Source: an uncultured Bacteroidota bacterium (lineage in GTDB: Bacteria; Bacteroidota; Ignavibacteria; UBA10030; UBA6906). From it: 64,000 nucleotides of DNA. The notes under the pieces were generated by a model. That model was not told the DNA's origin and made no database searches. It worked only from the letters and a program-made list of their open reading frames with translations. The stretch lies in assembly GCA_963700635.1 (NCBI GenBank), contig CAVOYH010000001.1, forward strand, positions 288,001-352,000, given 5' to 3'. A program made the translations under genes and the position numbers. Below are positions 58,034 through 64,000 of this stretch, piece after piece. Numbering within the stretch: the stretch's first letter is position 1; each line of letters begins with the position of its first letter.

Positions 58034-58963
58034 ATGCGTGAAACGGTCCGCTTTATTTTTCTGTCCCGTCACGGAGACATCCGGGCAGGCTGGAGAATCC
58101 TTCTGTTTCTGGTCTGCCTCGCAGCCATTGGATTTGTTCTGGTTGCTGGCGTCGGACGGTTCATCGGCGGGATCTCCGTGGTTGATGTGTTCCTCGGGCT
58201 TTTCACTGCCCTTGCTGCTTCCTGGATACTCATCCGGTTAATCAACAAAAAACCTTTCTCCGCAATCGGGCTCTGGGTTCACCCGCGGGCAGCGAGAGAA
58301 CTCGGAATCGGCATGCTGATTGGCTTCCTGATGATGTCCGGCATTTTTGTTATCCAGTTTGCGGCCGGGTATCTGACCGTGACATGGCGGGCGCTTGCCT
58401 GGAATGAAGTGGGGATCACCGTGCTCTTCTCCATGGCGTTCTTTGCGCCGGCGGCTGCGACCGAAGAGCTTCTGTTCCGCGGCTATCCGTTTCAAACGCT
58501 GGCACAGGGTATCACCATGCTTCCTGCAGTACTCGTGATGTCCGGGCTGTTTGCTCTTGTGCACACCCAGAACCCGAACGCTACGATTCTCAGCAGCGCT
58601 AACGTGGCGCTTGCCGGCATCTGGCTTTCTCTGGCATACTTGAAAACACGGGGGCTCTGGCTCCCGTTTGGCCTTCATCTTTCGTGGAATTTCACGCAGA
58701 CGACAGTCTATGGTTTTCCTACAAGCGGAATCGCGTTCGCAGACCGCCGGCTCTGGTCCACGGTACCCGACGGTCCGGATTGGGTCACCGGCGGTGCATT
58801 TGGTCCCGAAGGCGGCGTACTTGCGACGGTCGCGATTCTTGTGGGCACCTGGTACATAGTGAAATCACAATACCTTGTTGCGCCCGAAGGGATCATCACG
58901 CTGGATTCCGTAGAAGATATTCTGCCTCCCGTTCCCAGGCCCGACCCGGAGACCCGCCCATGA
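58034..58963 (+). CDS. CPBP (CAAX/Abi) intramembrane glutamic protease
   Basis: EELLFRGY, FALVH, HLSWN, FGPEGG. Confidence 0.9.
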   Translation: MRETVRFIFLSRHGDIRAGWRILLFLVCLAAIGFVLVAGVGRFIGGISVVDVFLGLFTALAASWILIRLINKKPFSAIGLWVHPRAARELGIGMLIGFLMMSGIFVIQFAAGYLTVTWRALAWNEVGITVLFSMAFFAPAAATEELLFRGYPFQTLAQGITMLPAVLVMSGLFALVHTQNPNATILSSANVALAGIWLSLAYLKTRGLWLPFGLHLSWNFTQTTVYGFPTSGIAFADRRLWSTVPDGPDWVTGGAFGPEGGVLATVAILVGTWYIVKSQYLVAPEGIITLDSVEDILPPVPRPDPETRP

Positions 58964-60108
58964 TGCGGTGGTTGTTCCTGTCGGTTGCCGTGTGCGTGGG
59001 TCCGTCTGCACACACTCAGATTTCCGGAGATTCGCTTTTCGAAGCCGCGACCCGGAGGGGAATCGAGAATGTGTACAACCTGGAATTTGAAAAAGCCGAG
59101 GCGGAATTCTCCACGTTGGTGGCACTCCGACCAGGTCATCCAGCCGGTCCTTTCTTCCATGCGATGGTGACCTGGTGGAGAATCATGGTGGATATGGAGA
59201 ACCGTCAGTATGACGAGGGGTTCTACGAAACTCTTGAGTCGGTGGTGGCGATGTGCGATTCGATGCTCGGGCAGGATGAGAATGACATCGAGGCAATTTT
59301 TTTCAAAGGCGGCGCGATCGGTTTTGAGGGGCGTTTACGGTTCCATCGTGATGATTGGCTTGCGGCGGCGAATGCGGGACGGAAAGCGCTACCACTTGTC
59401 CGGCGTGCAAACGACCTGGATCCGACGAACTACGATATCTATCTGGGGACGGGTATCTATAATTATTATGCGAGTGTGATCCCCGAGGAATACCCGGTAG
59501 TCAAACCGCTGCTGCTCTTCATCCCGGCGGGCGACAAGAAGAAGGGGCTGCGTGATCTGACCACTGCCGGTGAGAGGGCGCGCTACGCTGCGGTCGAGTC
59601 CATGTATTTCCTGATGCAGATCTACTATATGTACGAACGCGATTATGCCAAGGCACTCGCGCTCGCGGATACGCTCCATACGCGGTTTCCGGGAAACATG
59701 GTATTTCACAAATATCTCGGGCGGTGTCTTGTCGTGATGGGAAACTATCAGCGCGCCGAGGAGACCTTCCAGGCCGTCCTTACCAAGGTGCGGCAGGGGG
59801 CGCGCGGGTACTCGAAGGGTGTCGAACGCGAGTCCATGTATTACCTGGGTACCTGTGCTCTGGAAATGCGGCGGCTGGATGACGCGCTGGGTCATCTGTA
59901 CCGATGCGACGAACTGAGTCGCACCCTGGATGCTCGCGAACCGTCAGGTTTTATGACAATGGCAAATCTGAAAATCGGGATGGTGTATGATCTGCAGGGG
60001 CGCCATGATCTGGCAAAGCAGCAGTATACGAAGGTGCTCTCACTGCCATCATATAAAGACACCCATGTTCAGGCAGAGCGGTATCTGAAAAAACCGTACG
60101 CACAATAA
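58960..60108 (+). CDS. Exported TPR-like protein
   Basis: Signal peptide; helical repeats; G.GIYNYY. Confidence 0.75.
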   Translation: MMRWLFLSVAVCVGPSAHTQISGDSLFEAATRRGIENVYNLEFEKAEAEFSTLVALRPGHPAGPFFHAMVTWWRIMVDMENRQYDEGFYETLESVVAMCDSMLGQDENDIEAIFFKGGAIGFEGRLRFHRDDWLAAANAGRKALPLVRRANDLDPTNYDIYLGTGIYNYYASVIPEEYPVVKPLLLFIPAGDKKKGLRDLTTAGERARYAAVESMYFLMQIYYMYERDYAKALALADTLHTRFPGNMVFHKYLGRCLVVMGNYQRAEETFQAVLTKVRQGARGYSKGVERESMYYLGTCALEMRRLDDALGHLYRCDELSRTLDAREPSGFMTMANLKIGMVYDLQGRHDLAKQQYTKVLSLPSYKDTHVQAERYLKKPYAQ

Positions 60109-60119
60109 CCGGCCCCCTC

Positions 60120-60875
60120 ATGACTATGACGATTCTGTTCTATGGGTTTCTCGCCGGCGGTGCGGTCGTGCTCGGCGGCACGCTCGTTGTGCTGCGTAAA
60201 GAGTGGCCCGCACGCATACAGGAGTACCTTCTTGCCCTGAGTGCGGGTTTCCTTCTCTCGCTCGTCTTTGTGGAACTTGTTCCGGAAGCGCTGCATGCCG
60301 TCGGCTCGGATGCTCCGCTGTATATGCTGGCCGGATATGCCATCATTCATTTCTTCGAGCACACCATCGTCGGACATTTCCATTTCGGTGAAGAAACACA
60401 CTCCGATGTTATGCTTTCCCGCGTGGCAAGCTATTCCACGTTCGCCGGTCTGTGTATCCATGCGTTTTTTGACGGATTTGCTATCGCCGTGGGCATGCAG
60501 TTCAATTTTGTGCTGGGTCTGTTGATCTTCATCGCGGTGATTCTGCACAAGATTCCGGAAGGCTTGACCATTGCATCGGTGATGATCGCGGCCCGACACA
60601 ACCGGTCCGCGGCGTTTGTCGCATCCATCGTCGTGGGTGTGGCGACCTTTGCCGGAGCCGCCGGGGGATTACTCCTCGGTGGTATCAACGAACAGCTTGT
60701 CGGGATGGCATTCGCATTTTCTGCCGGAATCGCGACGTATGTGGGCGCAAGTGACCTTATCCCGGAAATTAATCACTCAAAGAACCGCATCATTCCAATT
60801 CTCGTGTTCGTCGGAATGTTGTTGTTCTATCTGGGGAATGAAGCGCTGGGAGTCTTTGCAGGTATCCATCACTGA
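60120..60875 (+). CDS. ZIP family divalent metal transporter
   Basis: HFHFGEETH loop, HAFFDG, HKIPEG, DLIPE. Confidence 0.92.
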   Translation: MTMTILFYGFLAGGAVVLGGTLVVLRKEWPARIQEYLLALSAGFLLSLVFVELVPEALHAVGSDAPLYMLAGYAIIHFFEHTIVGHFHFGEETHSDVMLSRVASYSTFAGLCIHAFFDGFAIAVGMQFNFVLGLLIFIAVILHKIPEGLTIASVMIAARHNRSAAFVASIVVGVATFAGAAGGLLLGGINEQLVGMAFAFSAGIATYVGASDLIPEINHSKNRIIPILVFVGMLLFYLGNEALGVFAGIHH

Positions 60876-60919
60876 CATGGTGCAGAGGGTTGCCGTGTCC
60901 TCAATCAACTGTGCGCGTC

Positions 60920-61873
60920 TTACAGGCTGGCGCTGACTGATACCCGGTGAAGAAGTCCCGCTTTGCCGAGGGATGACAGAGCATAGTCCACGTGATACTC
61001 TCCGACGAGAATTCCAAGTCCAGCCGAGAATCCCGCCAGTTCAGCGGATGACCCGATCTTGTAGTCTTTTCTTCGCGCGTTGTCGTATCCAAAACGTAGC
61101 TGCACGACTTTGCTGAGTGTAAACTCGCCGCCCACCGTGAATGCCCGGAATCGGGCGAGGAGATCATCTGCATCATCAGTCAGCCGGTGCACACCCAGGT
61201 TCAGCAGGAGGGGAAGCCCTTTGGGAACAACAGAAAGACCGATCCCTGCGTCGAGAGGGAGATTCTCGCGTGTCGTGCCGTACGCTGACAGCTGAGTCCC
61301 AAGGTTTCTGATGCTTGCCCCGATGGCAAATCTGCTTTCAGGGATCGTATACAGCACGCCCAGATCGGCGGCGACACCGGTGGATGAATACTCCCCGATG
61401 CCCGAATAAATAAATTTTGCGGCGCCCCCCAGAAAGAGGTTCTCTTCAAGCGAAAACGCGTACCCGATGGTCAGGGCGATGTCGTTGGCGCCGAACGTAC
61501 CGGTGGGGTTGCCCAGGAGGTCAGTTCCGTCAAAGGTCCCGTAGTTAGTGAACACAACTCCCACTCCAAAACGGCCGATCCCCTCCAGTTCGGTACTGTA
61601 ACTCAGGTGTCCGGCGTTGATGTCGAGAAGATGCTTAAAAAAGCCCGCAGAACCGCGGGAAGATTGTATGGTGGCAAGACCAGCAGGGTTGTAGAAGAGG
61701 ACCTCCGGGTCACCCTGAACGGCGGAAAAGCTGCCCGCAAGCGCTGCGGCACGTGCGCCGACGTCATTCCGCAAAAAATCGTAGACGGTATTCGCGCCAC
61801 CCCACAGCGTGGTCCCTGGCACCAACATCAGCAGTGCTGCTGCCAGACCACGCACATTCATGCTGTTCATCAT
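60920..61873 (-). CDS. PorQ/PorV-family outer-membrane barrel (type IX secretion accessory)
   Basis: YDFLR..VGARAAALAG..NPAGL; beta-strand pattern; DYA...G.LHR C-terminus. Confidence 0.75.
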   Translation of the reverse strand: MMNSMNVRGLAAALLMLVPGTTLWGGANTVYDFLRNDVGARAAALAGSFSAVQGDPEVLFYNPAGLATIQSSRGSAGFFKHLLDINAGHLSYSTELEGIGRFGVGVVFTNYGTFDGTDLLGNPTGTFGANDIALTIGYAFSLEENLFLGGAAKFIYSGIGEYSSTGVAADLGVLYTIPESRFAIGASIRNLGTQLSAYGTTRENLPLDAGIGLSVVPKGLPLLLNLGVHRLTDDADDLLARFRAFTVGGEFTLSKVVQLRFGYDNARRKDYKIGSSAELAGFSAGLGILVGEYHVDYALSSLGKAGLLHRVSVSASL

Positions 61874-61916
61874 ATTCCGCCGCCCAAAGAGTCCGATTCC
61901 GTAAAGAATTAACCGT

Positions 61917-61998
61917 AATGTAGAGAATCCGTCCGCGAACTGCAAGATCTGCCCACTTCTGCCCCGTCGTTGCTTCTTGCAGAAGAAAACCGTACCTT
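61917..61998. promoter_or_regulatory. Divergent sigma70 promoters (porQ-like / rpmE)
   Basis: Minus TTGCAG-N17-TACATT; plus TTGCTT-N17-TACCTT. Confidence 0.5.
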
Positions 61999-62045
61999 GA
62001 AGCACTTCCATTCCATCATCGATAGAGACAGAGGCATAGCAAGCA

Positions 62046-62267
62046 ATGAAAGACGGCATTCATCCTGATTACAAGAAAGCAATGGTCACGTGTGTCTGTG
62101 GTAACACGTTTGAGACCCGCTCCACAGCGGGTGACCTGAAGCTCGAAATCTGCTCAGCCTGCCATCCCTTCTTCACCGGCCGCCAGAAACTCGTGGACTC
62201 GGCCGGACGTGTTGAACGGTATATGAAGAAGTATGGAAAGAAGACGCCTGAGCCGGAAAAAGTCTGA
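62046..62267 (+). CDS. rpmE: 50S ribosomal protein L31, Zn-binding type
   Basis: [20 protein letters not shown]. Confidence 0.97.
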   Translation: MKDGIHPDYKKAMVTCVCGNTFETRSTAGDLKLEICSACHPFFTGRQKLVDSAGRVERYMKKYGKKTPEPEKV

Positions 62268-62276
62268 GCCGTCTGA

Positions 62277-63668
62277 ATGAGCGACGTCTCCCCGGCGGCT
62301 GAATGGAAATCCCTGTACAGCGGTCCGCGGGGTATAGCTGTCAAAGTCCTTAACCGCGTCGAGCGGACCGACTCATACCTTGATAAGGTCCTCGACGCGG
62401 AACTACGTTCAGGCGAATTGAATGACCTTGACAAAGGGCTGCTGACCGAACTGGTCAATGGCGTGCTACGCTGGCAAAACCGTCTGGACTGGGTTCTGAA
62501 CGGTTTCTCGCACGGCAACTTCGCAAAATCTGAAATCAACGTAAAGAACACCCTTCGCGTTTCCCTCTACCAGATTCTCTTTCTTGACCGTATCCCCCAT
62601 GCCGCAGCAGTCAACGAGGGGGTGGACTTTATCAAGCGTATCCGCGGGGACAAGCCGGCTGGTCTGGTCAATGCTGTTCTCCGGAACATCATCCGCAATA
62701 TCGATGGGATCCGGTATCCCGACCCGGCTGAAGACCGGGTGCAGCACATGGCAGTCTTTTACTCCCATCCTCACTGGATGGTAAAACGATGGTTGGAACG
62801 GTTCGGGCATGAGCTTACCGAACGCCTGTTGGTAGCCAACAATGAGCGGCCAGGGATGTTCCTCCGCATCAACAGGCTCAAGATCTCTGTTGAGGATTTT
62901 CACGCACGCCTCGATGCGCAACAGATTCCCTATACGAAGTCGTCCCTGCTCCCTCATTTTGTGCGAGTCAAGACACTCTCCGGCATTGCCCAGATGGATC
63001 TTTTCCGCAACGGCATGTTCACCATTCAGGATGTCAGCGGCGCATTACCCTGCCAGCTTCTCGATCCGCATCCCGGAGACCGGGTCATCGACCTGTGTGC
63101 TGCCCCGGGCGGTAAAACAACGAACATGGCGGAGATGATGAACAACGAGGGGGAGATCGTTGCCCTCGACAAGTACGAGGCGAAACTCCATCTCATCCGT
63201 GCTTCCTGCGAACGCCTGGGTGTCCGCATCGTGGATCTTCACGCAGCCGATGCGTCGGTGTATGAAGGGGTGCAGGCGGATCGTGTTCTTCTTGATGCCC
63301 CCTGCTCGGGCCTGGGGACTCTCTCGAAAAAGCCCGACATGAAGTGGAAGCGGGATCTGAGTGATATCCGAAAGCTCTCGGCGCTGCAGGAGACTCTGCT
63401 GGAAAACGCCGCACGCCTGCTCAAACCCGGGGGTGCCCTCGTCTACAGCACCTGCACGATGGAACCGGAAGAAAATGCGGATGTCATCACGAACTTCCTC
63501 GCCCGGCATCCTGAATTCTCGATTGACCACGCCGATCGGTACCTGCCCGCAGAGGTTGTCTCCGCGGAGGGATTTGTCGTGACCTATCCACATGTACATT
63601 TTATAGACGGCTCGTTTGCTGCCCGGCTTGTAAAATCTGCCCAGGCCTCCCCTGAGGGAGATCGTTGA
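62277..63668 (+). CDS. rsmB: 16S rRNA m5C967 methyltransferase RsmB (NusB-like + MTase domains)
   Basis: [28 protein letters not shown]. Confidence 0.94.
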   Translation: MSDVSPAAEWKSLYSGPRGIAVKVLNRVERTDSYLDKVLDAELRSGELNDLDKGLLTELVNGVLRWQNRLDWVLNGFSHGNFAKSEINVKNTLRVSLYQILFLDRIPHAAAVNEGVDFIKRIRGDKPAGLVNAVLRNIIRNIDGIRYPDPAEDRVQHMAVFYSHPHWMVKRWLERFGHELTERLLVANNERPGMFLRINRLKISVEDFHARLDAQQIPYTKSSLLPHFVRVKTLSGIAQMDLFRNGMFTIQDVSGALPCQLLDPHPGDRVIDLCAAPGGKTTNMAEMMNNEGEIVALDKYEAKLHLIRASCERLGVRIVDLHAADASVYEGVQADRVLLDAPCSGLGTLSKKPDMKWKRDLSDIRKLSALQETLLENAARLLKPGGALVYSTCTMEPEENADVITNFLARHPEFSIDHADRYLPAEVVSAEGFVVTYPHVHFIDGSFAARLVKSAQASPEGDR

Positions 63669-63699
63669 CCATCTGAATATCGTTAACACGGAGAACCCC

Positions 63700-64000
63700 A
63701 TGTCCACTCTTCTCGATCTGCTCTCTGCCGAACTCCAGCGCCTCGAACAGACCCACACCTTTAAATACGAAGTCCCGCTCGAGAGCGCGCAGGACGGCGT
63801 GGTGCGTGTCAATGGCAAGAAAACGGTCATGCTGGCATCCAACAACTACGTCGGACTTTCCAACCATCCCGCCGTGCGCAAGGCGGCCATTCGGGGTATC
63901 AAGGAGTACGGCTATGGCGTCGCCTCGGTGCGATTTCTGTGCGGCACCCAGGATATCCACCTGAAACTGGAAAAGAAAATTTCGCAATTTCTGGGAACTG
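63700..64000 (+). CDS. kbl: Glycine C-acetyltransferase (AONS-family PLP enzyme), 3' truncated
   Basis: Translated by hand: MSTLLDLL...SNNYVGL...[12 protein letters not shown]. Confidence 0.8.
   Translation, partial: MSTLLDLLSAELQRLEQTHTFKYEVPLESAQDGVVRVNGKKTVMLASNNYVGLSNHPAVRKAAIRGIKEYGYGVASVRFLCGTQDIHLKLEKKISQFLGT

Noticed and set aside
1-64000. CRISPR arrays, tRNA/rRNA, IS elements, prophage or defence systems
   Set aside because: No spaced direct repeats, cloverleafs, transposase, integrase or phage genes seen; intergenic spaces are short and mostly explained by promoters and terminators.

Overview
A gene-dense, GC-rich chromosomal region of a diderm bacterium with about 61 genes. Gene content (PorQ/PorV-like and DUF5723 barrels, DUF2723, DUF3109, DUF3467, single-chain GlyRS, rpoN, hrcA) combined with E. 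coli-like TTGnnn-N17-TAnnnT promoters and GGAG ribosome-binding sites suggests an Ignavibacteria/Chlorobi-related FCB lineage; this is an inference. Content is mostly housekeeping: a GH20-pepT-OPT-ABC exporter run; lepA-lepB-lepB2-hemW-DUF2723-GT4; a Kdo/Lpt operon; hrcA-grpE-dnaJ-comEA; pilM-like-rsmD-coaD; icd; rpoN-hslVU; dprA; glmM; amrA/amrB; glyQS; rpmE-rsmB-kbl. I saw no rRNA, tRNA, CRISPR array, prophage or IS element. The best candidate for an undescribed system is a two-gene outer-membrane module at 40.6-44.2 kb. It has a consensus sigma54 -24/-12 promoter with an IHF-like site, a 680-aa putative lipoprotein built of four ~135-140-aa beta-rich repeats, and a translationally coupled FadL/PorV-like DUF5723 barrel. 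Other notable signals are a possible attenuator in the lepA leader, a probable ATT start for glyQS, an orphan degenerate PilM, DUF2723 together with D(S/T)X-rich exported proteins, and frameshifts in glmM and an NDP-sugar epimerase that may be assembly errors.
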